A stretch of 57,894 nucleotides of DNA from Alphaproteobacteria bacterium. GTDB lineage: Bacteria; Pseudomonadota; Alphaproteobacteria; RF32; CAG-239. Position 1 is the first letter of the stretch. Each line of letters starts with the position of its first letter. The notes below the pieces were generated by a model. That model had not been told where the DNA came from. It made no database searches and saw nothing but the letters and a program-made list of their open reading frames with translations. Shown piece after piece: positions 10,843 to 19,959 of this stretch. The position numbers and the translations under genes were made by a program. The stretch covers positions 1-57,894 of the forward strand of contig JAZRAL010000012.1 of the NCBI GenBank assembly GCA_045634545.1. The letters are read 5' to 3'.

Positions 10843-11790
10843 ATGAAAAAGTTCTGGTTTATATTTTTAATATTGCCACTACTTACTGGGTGCTATGCAT
10901 TTAGTAATGGTATTCCTTTGTATGATGATTACGGATATTTTTATACACCACAAAGTGTAGAAGTTCAAAAAGGCGACACTCTTTACAAAATTTCTCGCAT
11001 ATATAAAGTTCCTTTACGTGGCATAATTGAAGAAAATAACCTTTCTGCTCCATATGCTCTAAACGAAGGTCAAATCTTAAAATTGCCTCACAAAAAAACA
11101 CATATCGTGCAAAAGGGCGAAACACTATATGCTATTTCAAAAAAATATAACGTAGATATTACATCTCTAAGTCGTTTAAATGATTTAGAAGCTCCATATG
11201 CCTTAAATGTAGGTCAAGCATTAGAGCTTCCAGGTAGTATTGTAAAATCATCTTCATCAACTAAAGATATATCAGGTGGTTCATCTAGATTTTCTTTCAA
11301 AAGATCATCACCAAAATCAACTCCAGACACCAAAGTTACTAATACAAAAAACATAGCAAAAACAAGTAAAAAAGTTGCATCTACAACTCCTCGAAAAAAG
11401 GTGTCAGCTTATCGCAAAACAAAATTCGTATGGCCTGTAAATGGTTCTGTTGTATCAAACTTTGGTTTTGTGGGGAAAGGTCGCAAAAATGACGGTATAA
11501 ACATAAAAGCAGCACTTGGTACAAACATAAAGGCAGCAGACAAAGGTGTTGTGGCATATGCAGGAAACGAGCTAAAAGGGTTTGGAAATCTCGTTCTTAT
11601 AAAACACTCAGATGGCTATATCACGGCATATGCGCATGCAGATAAAATATACGTTAAAAAAGGTCAAAAAGTATTACGTGGAGAAAAGATAGCAACAGTG
11701 GGTAATACCGGTAGTGTAAACTCTCCGCAACTTCATTTTGAGGTTCGTGCAGGTAAAAAGGCGGTAAATCCTCGTAAATATTTACCATAA
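10843..11790 (+). CDS. Lipoprotein with two LysM domains and an M23 peptidase-like domain (NlpD-like)
   Basis: Lipobox LTGC; VQKGDTLY and VQKGETLY LysM starts; NDGINI, YAHA, PQLHFEVR (first zinc His replaced by N, as in non-catalytic NlpD-type proteins). Confidence 0.88.
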   Translation: MKKFWFIFLILPLLTGCYAFSNGIPLYDDYGYFYTPQSVEVQKGDTLYKISRIYKVPLRGIIEENNLSAPYALNEGQILKLPHKKTHIVQKGETLYAISKKYNVDITSLSRLNDLEAPYALNVGQALELPGSIVKSSSSTKDISGGSSRFSFKRSSPKSTPDTKVTNTKNIAKTSKKVASTTPRKKVSAYRKTKFVWPVNGSVVSNFGFVGKGRKNDGINIKAALGTNIKAADKGVVAYAGNELKGFGNLVLIKHSDGYITAYAHADKIYVKKGQKVLRGEKIATVGNTGSVNSPQLHFEVRAGKKAVNPRKYLP

Positions 11791-11876
11791 AATATAAAAT
11801 TTCGTTGTAAATCTTTGTTATTTAGGTTGTATAGCAATTTTTTTTAAGCTAAAATCTGCACACAAATTAATTTTTA

Positions 11877-12221
11877 ATGGAGAAAAATATGTTTATATCA
11901 GAAGCTATGGCTGCAACAAGTGCAACCGCTGCGCAAGCTCCAATGGCTGGTTTCTTTACGCAGTTAATTCTTGTATTTGCAATTTTTTACTTTGTGCTTA
12001 TTCGTCCTCAACAAAAAAAGATGAAAGAGCATGAAAATATGTTAAATGCAATAAAGCCAAAAGATGAGATAATAACCGGCGGTGGTATCTATGGAAAAGT
12101 TGTTGAAACTTATCCAGATGCCTTGGTTGTTGAAATTTCAAAAGGTGTAGAAATCAGAGTTTTACGTTCAAGCGTAAGAGACGTAGTTTCTGGACAAGAA
12201 AAACCATTAGAAAAGAAATAA
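11877..12221 (+). CDS. yajC: Preprotein translocase subunit YajC
   Basis: FYFVLIRPQQKK, ITGGGIYG; upstream of secD. True start may be the second Met (11889). Confidence 0.93.
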   Translation: MEKNMFISEAMAATSATAAQAPMAGFFTQLILVFAIFYFVLIRPQQKKMKEHENMLNAIKPKDEIITGGGIYGKVVETYPDALVVEISKGVEIRVLRSSVRDVVSGQEKPLEKK

Positions 12222-12241
12222 CTTAAAAAAGAGAGAGATAA

Positions 12242-13786
12242 ATGTATAAACTATCACTAAAAAGAGTAATTATGATTTTGGTTGTTTGTGCACTAGGTGT
12301 TTTCTATTCTGTGCCAAACTTTGTAAAAGATGCCAAAACAACCCTTCCTTCATGGTGGCAACCTGTAAACCTAGGTCTAGATTTACAAGGTGGTTCAAGC
12401 TTATTGTTAGAAGTTGATTTAAATACAGCTCTAAAAGACAGAATGGAAAGCTTAGAAGATTCTGCTCGTGCTGCATTAAGAGAAACAAAAATTCGTTATC
12501 AATCAATCACATCTAATGAAAATGGTTTAAGAGTAAAGATAGAAAATCCAAATACTCGTACCAAAGCACATACTCCACTAAGAAGAATGGATGAAGGCTT
12601 AAAAGTAACAGAAGAGGGTGATACTCTAGTTGTTATGTATGATGAGCAAGCTCTAAACAATATCAAACTTAAGCTTGTTGATCAATCAATCGAAATCGTT
12701 CGTAAACGTATTGATGAATATGGTACAAACGAGCCAAGTATCCAAAGCCAAGGATATGGCCGTATCTTAGTTCAATTACCTGGTATTCAAAACCCTGAAG
12801 AGGTAAAAGCATTACTTGGTAAAACAGCTAAAATGACATTCCATTTAGTAGATAGTTCAACAACAGCTGTAGAGGCAAAACGTGGTAAGTTAAAAACTTC
12901 ATCACGTGTAATTCGTGGCTCTTTAGGTGAACAATATGTTATTGTTAAAAAACCAGCAGTTGGTGGTGAAACTCTAACAGATGCATCTGTATCTTTCCAA
13001 GATGGTGCTCCAGCTGTAAGCTTCAAGTTCAACAATCTTGGTGCTAAAAAGTTTGGCGAAGTTACTAAAAACAACATAGGTGAACAACTAGCTATTGTTT
13101 TAGATAACGAAGTTATTTCAGCACCAACAATCCAATCTGCAATCACAGGTGGTTCAGGTGTAATTACTGGTAACTACACAGCAGAAACAGCACAAGAATT
13201 AGCATTGTTACTACGTTCAGGTGCGCTTCCAGCTCCATTAAATATTCTAGAAGAAAGAACAGTTGGTGCAGGACTTGGTGCAGACTCAATTGAAGCTGGT
13301 ATTTTTGCATCAATCATCGGTTTTGTAGGTGTTGTTGTCTTCTTAATAGTTGCATATGGTTTGTTTGGTTTATTTACAACAATCACAGTGTTCTTCAACT
13401 TGTTCCTAATGCTTGGTGCATTAAGTATCATGGGCGCAACATTAACTCTTCCAGGTATTGCTGGTATTATCTTAACTATTGGTATGGCAGTAGATGCAAA
13501 CGTTTTAATTTTCGAACGTATGCGTGAAGAAGTAAAAGGTGGACGTTCAATTAAAGATGCAATAGAATCAGGCTTTACAATCGCATGGGGTACAATTATT
13601 GACTCAAACTTAACAACCCTAATCGCAGCCGGCGTATTATTCTATTTTGGTAGTGGTCCAGTTCGTGGCTTTGCTGTAACATTGGTTGTTGGTATTGTTA
13701 CATCTCTATTCACATCAGTAACAGTAACACGTTTGTTTATTACTGCTTGGTTTAATAAATACAAACCAAAAGTATTACCAATATAA
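12242..13786 (+). CDS. secD: Protein translocase subunit SecD
   Basis: LGLDLQGG, LLRSGALPAPL, LTLPGIAGIILTIGMAVDANVLIFER. Confidence 0.97.
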   Translation: MYKLSLKRVIMILVVCALGVFYSVPNFVKDAKTTLPSWWQPVNLGLDLQGGSSLLLEVDLNTALKDRMESLEDSARAALRETKIRYQSITSNENGLRVKIENPNTRTKAHTPLRRMDEGLKVTEEGDTLVVMYDEQALNNIKLKLVDQSIEIVRKRIDEYGTNEPSIQSQGYGRILVQLPGIQNPEEVKALLGKTAKMTFHLVDSSTTAVEAKRGKLKTSSRVIRGSLGEQYVIVKKPAVGGETLTDASVSFQDGAPAVSFKFNNLGAKKFGEVTKNNIGEQLAIVLDNEVISAPTIQSAITGGSGVITGNYTAETAQELALLLRSGALPAPLNILEERTVGAGLGADSIEAGIFASIIGFVGVVVFLIVAYGLFGLFTTITVFFNLFLMLGALSIMGATLTLPGIAGIILTIGMAVDANVLIFERMREEVKGGRSIKDAIESGFTIAWGTIIDSNLTTLIAAGVLFYFGSGPVRGFAVTLVVGIVTSLFTSVTVTRLFITAWFNKYKPKVLPI

Positions 13787-13806
13787 TTTGATAAGGAATA
13801 AAGAAA

Positions 13807-14742
13807 ATGACAATGTTAAAATGGATTACAAAAGACACTCATATCGACTTTATGAAAGCAAGTGTTTTTACCTATATTCTTTCTACAGTTTTGGTAGTGT
13901 TATCATTCTTAAGTATGTACTACAAAGGTTTTAACTTTGGTATAGATTTTTCTGGTGGTGTTCTTATGGAAATTAAGTCAGAAAAAGCAATTGATGTAGA
14001 AGAAATTCGTTCAAAATTAAGCGTCTTAAAATTAGACGAATTAAATTTACAAACAATTGGTTCAGAAGGTAATGAACTAATGATACGTGCTCAAGCAGAA
14101 AATGCTGATGAAGAAGCTCAAAGAAAAGCTGTTATCGAAATCAAAAAGATTTTAGGCAATGATTATGAGTATCGTCGTGTAGAAAACGTTGGACCTCAAG
14201 TAGGTGACGAACTAAAAACAGCTGGTATAGTAGCATCAGTATTAGCTATGCTTGCTATTGCAATATACATTTGGGTTCGTTTTGAATGGCAATTTGCTTT
14301 AGGTGCATTAGTTGGTTTATTCCACGATATCATCATAACAATTGGTTTGTTATCATATTTTCGTTTTGATTTCAGCTTAACAACTGTTGCAGCAATTTTA
14401 ACTCTAGTTGGTTATTCAATTAACGATACCGTTGTAACATACGATCGCATTCGTGAAAATTTGAAGAAATATCGCAAAATGCCACAAACAGAGTTGCTAA
14501 ACAAGAGTATTAATGATATTTTCTCACGCACAATTTTAACAGGTGTAACAACACTATGTGCGGTTATTCCTTTGTACTTGTGGGGTGGTGAAGCATTAGC
14601 AAGTTTTGCATTCACAATTTTAGCAGGTCTTATCATTGGTACATATTCATCTATTTATGTATGTACAACATTCTTAAATCTCTTTGATTTAAGAGCTGTA
14701 AATCACAAAGATGAAGACAATGTATTTGCAACAATTGGTTAA
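13807..14742 (+). CDS. secF: Protein translocase subunit SecF
   Basis: FGIDFSGG, VGPQVGDEL, GYSINDTVVTYDRIREN, GTYSSI. Confidence 0.97.
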   Translation: MTMLKWITKDTHIDFMKASVFTYILSTVLVVLSFLSMYYKGFNFGIDFSGGVLMEIKSEKAIDVEEIRSKLSVLKLDELNLQTIGSEGNELMIRAQAENADEEAQRKAVIEIKKILGNDYEYRRVENVGPQVGDELKTAGIVASVLAMLAIAIYIWVRFEWQFALGALVGLFHDIIITIGLLSYFRFDFSLTTVAAILTLVGYSINDTVVTYDRIRENLKKYRKMPQTELLNKSINDIFSRTILTGVTTLCAVIPLYLWGGEALASFAFTILAGLIIGTYSSIYVCTTFLNLFDLRAVNHKDEDNVFATIG

Positions 14743-14755
14743 TTCTAAGCCAAAC

Positions 14756-14795
14756 AAAAACACCCCTACAGATTATTCTGCAGGGGTGTTTTTTT
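14756..14795. terminator. Bidirectional intrinsic terminator
   Basis: aaaaacacccct(a)cag...ctg(c)aggggtgtttttt hairpin between secF and a convergent ORF. Confidence 0.8.
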
Positions 14796-15048
14796 AATTA
14801 TAAGCGCTCTTTGTATCTTGTTTATTTTTATTGCAGTTAGGTATAATATCGTAGTCAATAAAATCTTTATCAGCTTGCTTAAAAACTTCTTCAGCAAAAG
14901 CTAATTTTGCCACATGAGTAATAAAAAGAGGTCGTTCAAGTTTTAGTTTTCCGAGAGTTTCTTCTAATGCTTCAAAGCTATCATAAATAGTTCCAACAAA
15001 AATCATATTTTCTCTTAAGCTATTTAAATCTCTTCTATTCATTTTCAT
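14794..15048 (-). CDS. Small hypothetical protein
   Basis: 84-aa ORF in an otherwise empty gap; GAGG RBS best fits the second ATG (15042); ends at a terminator. Confidence 0.55.
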   Translation of the reverse strand: MKMNRRDLNSLRENMIFVGTIYDSFEALEETLGKLKLERPLFITHVAKLAFAEEVFKQADKDFIDYDIIPNCNKNKQDTKSAYN

Positions 15049-15147
15049 ACCTCATAATGCTGTTAAGCCAACGTATAAAAAATATAATTTAGAAGACAAA
15101 TTTAAACCTCAAAATAAAGCTATATTGACAATATTTTTTTACCGATT

Positions 15148-15342
15148 CTAACTTAAAAAATTTTGTTTTATGTTATTATTTTTTCTATGTTTAATGGTTT
15201 TATCATGACCAGTAATGAAATGTCTTTTATTCCAGTTATCAGCAACTAATCCAATTATATCATCCATATTGCCACATTCATTAACATTAAATTTGCTAGA
15301 TAAATCATAAACAACATAGTTTGCAATATTTACTCTGTTCAT
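15148..15342 (-). CDS. Small hypothetical protein
   Basis: 64-aa ORF with a strong AGAGGAGG RBS. Confidence 0.55.
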   Translation of the reverse strand: MNRVNIANYVVYDLSSKFNVNECGNMDDIIGLVADNWNKRHFITGHDKTIKHRKNNNIKQNFLS

Positions 15343-15437
15343 CTGCGCCTCCTCTTAAAAACAAAAAAAATATAACTCAATATCTTTTTCATATAAAGTG
15401 GATATAAAACTAATGTCTATGTTAATAAGGGGGTCTA

Positions 15438-15472
15438 TATGCTAGACACCCTACTAAAGTTTTATAATAACT
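15438..15472 (-). terminator. Probable terminator hairpin downstream of gatB
   Basis: aggg(g)gtcta-tatgc-tagac(a)ccct imperfect hairpin. Confidence 0.45.
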
Positions 15473-15491
15473 TAATTTATTCTTAAAAAGA

Positions 15492-16955
15492 CTAATTGTC
15501 TAATTTTTCTTTCAAAAGTTTATTTACAACACCAGGGTTTGCTTTACCTTGAGTTTGTTTCAAAACTTGCCCTACAAACCAACCAAGCAAATTGTTTTTA
15601 CCAGCTTTGTAGCTTTCAACATTTTGAGGATTGTTTGCAATTATTTCATCAACAATAGCCTCAATTTGAGAAGTATCAGAAACTTGTTTTAGTCCCTTTT
15701 CTTCAACGATTACCTCTGGGTCGCCACCTGTTTCAACCATAATCTCAAAAACATCTTTAGCAATTTTTCCAGATATAACGTCTTTAGAAATAAGCTCAAC
15801 AAGTTTACCTAAATTTTTAGCACTAACAGGTGAGTTTTTAATATCGACATTCTTCTTATTAAGCATTGCAAAAAAGTCGCCCATAAGCCAGTTAGCAACC
15901 TTCTTAGCATCATGTCCATCAGATGCTTCTTCAAAAAACTCTGCAACTTCTTTGTTTTCACAAATAACACTAGCATCATATGCTGTTAGCCCCATGTTAT
16001 CCATATAGCGTTTTTTCTTAGCATCAGGAAGCTCAATTAGTTCGCTTCTAATTTTCTCAATAAATTCATCAGACAAAATAAGCGGTGGTAAATCAGGCTC
16101 AGGAAATTGTCTATATTCATGAGCATACTCTTTTCTACGCATATATTTAGTTTCACCAGTAACTTGGTCAAACTGTCTTGTTTCCTGCTCAAAGCTACCG
16201 CCATTTTCATAGATTTCTAATTGTCTCTTTGCTTCAGCTTCAATTGCTTGCATTGCAAATCTAACACTATTAACGTTCTTTACTTCGCATCTAGGTCTAA
16301 AACCTGTTTCGCCAATTTTTCTAATAGAAACACTGGCATCACATCTCATAGAACCTTCTTCCATATTTCCGTCGCAAGTTCCAAGATATCTAACAATAGA
16401 ACGTAATTTTTTCAAAAAAGCACCTGCTTCTTCTGGGCTTCTAAAGTCAGGTTTAGTAACAAGTTCCATCAAACCAACACCAGCTCTATTGTAGTCAATA
16501 AAGCTTTTTCTTGGGTCAATGTCATGGATAGATTTACCGGTATCTTGCTCTATGTGGATTCTCTCAATACCTATTTCTTTTGTTGTTCCATCACTAAGGT
16601 CTATGCTAACTCTACCTTCACCAACTAAAGGATGTTTTTCTTGAGTTATTTGATATCCTTGAGGAAGGTCTGGGTAAAAGTAATTCTTACGAGAAAATTC
16701 TGAATAATTATTTATTTTGGCATTTAATCCAAGGCCAGTTTTAACCGCTTGCTTAACGCATTCCATATTGAGCACAGGAAGCATTCCAGGCATAGCAACG
16801 TCAACAAACGAAACGCACTCATTTGCATCTTCACCAAATTTAGTAGATGCACTACTAAAAATTTTAGATTTAGATATAATTTGGCAGTGGATTTCAAGAC
16901 CACAAATTACTTCCCATTTTTCGCCATTAGATGCTGTTAAAATATATTCTGCCAT
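15492..16955 (-). CDS. gatB: Asp/Glu-tRNA amidotransferase subunit B
   Basis: GLEIH, RKNYFYPDLPQGYQITQ, GNMEEGSMRCD, FPEPDLPP, GKANP. Confidence 0.97.
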   Translation of the reverse strand: MAEYILTASNGEKWEVICGLEIHCQIISKSKIFSSASTKFGEDANECVSFVDVAMPGMLPVLNMECVKQAVKTGLGLNAKINNYSEFSRKNYFYPDLPQGYQITQEKHPLVGEGRVSIDLSDGTTKEIGIERIHIEQDTGKSIHDIDPRKSFIDYNRAGVGLMELVTKPDFRSPEEAGAFLKKLRSIVRYLGTCDGNMEEGSMRCDASVSIRKIGETGFRPRCEVKNVNSVRFAMQAIEAEAKRQLEIYENGGSFEQETRQFDQVTGETKYMRRKEYAHEYRQFPEPDLPPLILSDEFIEKIRSELIELPDAKKKRYMDNMGLTAYDASVICENKEVAEFFEEASDGHDAKKVANWLMGDFFAMLNKKNVDIKNSPVSAKNLGKLVELISKDVISGKIAKDVFEIMVETGGDPEVIVEEKGLKQVSDTSQIEAIVDEIIANNPQNVESYKAGKNNLLGWFVGQVLKQTQGKANPGVVNKLLKEKLDN

Positions 16956-16958
16956 GTT

Positions 16959-18413
16959 TTATACCCTCTTAAAATTAGCACTAAGTTCTAATTGATATGC
17001 TGCCTTAAATATTGTTTCTTCATCAAAAGACTTACCAATAAATTGCATACCCAAAGGAAGTCCATTTTTTGATAATCCAATAGGTAAGCTCATAGCAGGA
17101 AGTCCAGCCAAGTTAACAGAAACAGTAAACACATCATTTAAATACATATTAATAGGGCTCTCGTTCATCTTTTTATCGCCAATAGCAAATGCTTCAATAG
17201 GGCTAGTTGGTGTTAAAATAACATCACATTTTTTGAAAGCTTCATCAAAATCGTTTTTAATTAAACGTCTAACTTTTTGAGCTTTCAAATAATATGCGTC
17301 ATAAAATCCTGCAGAAAGCACATATGTACCAACTAAAATTCTTCTTTTAACTTCTTTGCCAAATCCATTTGTTCTTGTGTTGATATGAAGCTCTTCCATA
17401 CTAGCGCCATTAACTCTATTGCCGTATCTAATGCCGTCATATCTAGCTAAATTAGAAGAGGCCTCAGCAGGTGCAATTACATAGTAAGCAGGTAGCGCAT
17501 ATTTAGTATGAGGAAGGCTGATATTTACAATTTCTGCTCCCTTTTCCTTCATCATTTCAATTGCTTTATCCCAATATTTTGCAATCTCTTCATTTAGTCC
17601 ATCAGGTCTATATTCATTTGGAATACCTATTTTTAATCCTTTAATATCTTGCCCTAAAAAGCTTTCAAAATTAGGTACAGTTTTTCTAGCAGATGTAGAG
17701 TCTTTTTCATCAAATCCAGCCATACTATTTAGCATTAAAGCGCAGTCTCTAACATCTTTACAAATAGGACCAGCTTGGTCTAAAGATGAAGCAAATGCGA
17801 TTACACCATATCTAGAACATCTACCATATGTAGGTTTAATACCTGTAACACCACAAAAAGCAGAAGGTTGACGTATAGAGCCACCTGTATCAGTACCAGT
17901 TGCACCTGCGCACATGTTTGCACTAACAGCAGCCGCAGAACCACCAGAGCTACCACCTGCCACAAGTTTAACATCTTTACTCCATGGGTTAACAACAGGG
18001 CCAAAATAACTAGTTTCATTACTTCCACCCATTGCAAACTCATCAAGATTTAATTTACCTAAAAAAACAGCCCCATCATTGAGCAAATTTTGTGTAACAG
18101 TAGATTCGTATTGTGGTACAAAATTATCAATAATCCTAGAGCAAGCAGTGGTTCTAATATCCTTTGTGCAAAACAAATCTTTAATACCAAGAGGTATACC
18201 ATCTAAAGCCTTGTTAGTTCCATTTATGTATCTTTTTTCAGATTCTTTTGCTTGTTCCAAAGCCTTATCTTCAGACATAGTTACATAAGCATTATATTTT
18301 TTATTATCCTCTAATTTTTTAATATAAGCGTCTGTAAGCTCAACAGGAGAAATTTCTTTTGCTTTTAGTTTAGCAAGAGATTCGCTAATAGTTAATCTTG
18401 TTAAATCTGTCAT
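16959..18413 (-). CDS. gatA: Asp/Glu-tRNA amidotransferase subunit A
   Basis: Amidase signature [31 protein letters not shown]. Start set at MTDLT, just after the gatC stop. Confidence 0.96.
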   Translation of the reverse strand: MTDLTRLTISESLAKLKAKEISPVELTDAYIKKLEDNKKYNAYVTMSEDKALEQAKESEKRYINGTNKALDGIPLGIKDLFCTKDIRTTACSRIIDNFVPQYESTVTQNLLNDGAVFLGKLNLDEFAMGGSNETSYFGPVVNPWSKDVKLVAGGSSGGSAAAVSANMCAGATGTDTGGSIRQPSAFCGVTGIKPTYGRCSRYGVIAFASSLDQAGPICKDVRDCALMLNSMAGFDEKDSTSARKTVPNFESFLGQDIKGLKIGIPNEYRPDGLNEEIAKYWDKAIEMMKEKGAEIVNISLPHTKYALPAYYVIAPAEASSNLARYDGIRYGNRVNGASMEELHINTRTNGFGKEVKRRILVGTYVLSAGFYDAYYLKAQKVRRLIKNDFDEAFKKCDVILTPTSPIEAFAIGDKKMNESPINMYLNDVFTVSVNLAGLPAMSLPIGLSKNGLPLGMQFIGKSFDEETIFKAAYQLELSANFKRV

Positions 18414-18417
18414 ATTA

Positions 18418-18705
18418 TTACTCCACAACCTTAGGTACTGCAAAATATCCAAATTCCTTTTGAGGAGCATTGGCTAATATTTTTTGGCTTTGGCATCCTT
18501 CAACAACTTCATCTTCACGTAAAAAGATAGGCTCATTATGTGGAGAAACCAAAGGTTCAACCCCATCAGTATTTACTTCACCCAATTCTTCAACCCATGC
18601 CAAAATTTTATTAAATTCTTTTTGTGTTTCTTCTAATTTATCTTCTTCAACACCAAGTCTTGCCAAGTATGCAATTTGTTTTACTGCATCATTATCAATA
18701 GCCAT
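18418..18705 (-). CDS. gatC: Asp/Glu-tRNA amidotransferase subunit C
   Basis: [25 protein letters not shown]...YFAVPKVVE. Confidence 0.96.
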   Translation of the reverse strand: MAIDNDAVKQIAYLARLGVEEDKLEETQKEFNKILAWVEELGEVNTDGVEPLVSPHNEPIFLREDEVVEGCQSQKILANAPQKEFGYFAVPKVVE

Positions 18706-18852
18706 TACGATTCTCCTATTAAAATTCTAAAAACTTCTACCATAATTACACTTATTTTCAAGTTTAAATTTTACAAAACAAAAGAGTATAGAAATGCTTT
18801 TTTTACTGCAAATAATTTTTTTTCTGTCATTATGTAACACAAGAGGTGTAAG

Positions 18853-19320
18853 ATGATAGTAAAGCTATATAAAAATATAGAAAAAATATGGTTCAAAATA
18901 GATCAAAAAATAAGATTTATTCTTGTTGGAGGTTTTAATACTGCTGTTTCTTTTTTGATATATTATATGTTTTTATATTTTACATCAGGCAAGGAGCAAC
19001 TATCACTTTTGTTGATGAATTTGGTTAACATCAACATCTCTATTGCAACTATGCGTTATTATGTTTTTCAAGGTACAGGACCTATCTTAAAAGAATACAC
19101 TAAAGCATTTTCATCATATATTGTTTTGTATTTTATAAATATGGGATTGTTAGCAATGTTTGTTCATTTAATTCATGTACAAGAAACATTATCTCCAAAT
19201 AGTATGTTATTGGCAATTCCTAATCTAAACAAAGCTATTGCGCAACTTTGCTCGGTTGTAATAATCACTATTATGACATTCTTTGTTCATAAATATTTTT
19301 CATTTAGAAAAGAAAATTAA
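18853..19320 (+). CDS. GtrA family membrane protein
   Basis: RFILVGGFNTAV at the N-terminus, four hydrophobic segments, HKYFSF end. Confidence 0.8.
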   Translation: MIVKLYKNIEKIWFKIDQKIRFILVGGFNTAVSFLIYYMFLYFTSGKEQLSLLLMNLVNINISIATMRYYVFQGTGPILKEYTKAFSSYIVLYFINMGLLAMFVHLIHVQETLSPNSMLLAIPNLNKAIAQLCSVVIITIMTFFVHKYFSFRKEN

Positions 19321-19959
19321 TTATTGCACCAAATTTTTAACAGCCAAAAACTTTTCTAAAATACTTTTATCAGAATAGTAGTCTGGAACAATTCTATTGT
19401 GGGTTAATGTTATGTTAGAAACATATTTTCCACTTCTTGATACTTTATCAAGAACCATCTCATTTGCTCTTATGCTCTGTACTTCTTTGGTTAATAACTT
19501 TAAGTAATCATCAATATTAACCTCAATAATAGATTTTACCTCACCATCTGATTTACTAAAATCCATATCCTTTAGTTCTTTATCAATTTTTAGCGCATAA
19601 AAGTGCTGGAATTCTCTAATTTTATAAGTTTCAGATGGGTTGATATTACAGATTCTAATTCCTAAAAAGCTCCAATCTTTTTCATCAATATCAAACCCAA
19701 GCTCTTCTTTGATTTCTCTTTTTCCTGCATCAGCAACGCTTTCATTGTCTTCAATGTGTCCACCAACTGCAAAATCAATATAATCGTCCCTTTCAAAGGT
19801 GTACGATTCTTTAGGATAAATGGTCTGAAAATATACGGTTTTCTTATTAGGATTATATAAAACACCACCAAAAACTTTGTGCCACAACCCTTTTTGATGT
19901 ACTACTTTTTTATCTTCCATACCAATAGAAGTCATTTGCTCATTATATATTTTTAACAT
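19321..19959 (-). CDS. NUDIX hydrolase (IDI-like N-terminus)
   Basis: Nudix box GGHIEDNESVADAGKREIKEELG; HQKGLWHK; start overlaps the end of the helicase gene. Confidence 0.85.
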   Translation of the reverse strand: MLKIYNEQMTSIGMEDKKVVHQKGLWHKVFGGVLYNPNKKTVYFQTIYPKESYTFERDDYIDFAVGGHIEDNESVADAGKREIKEELGFDIDEKDWSFLGIRICNINPSETYKIREFQHFYALKIDKELKDMDFSKSDGEVKSIIEVNIDDYLKLLTKEVQSIRANEMVLDKVSRSGKYVSNITLTHNRIVPDYYSDKSILEKFLAVKNLVQ

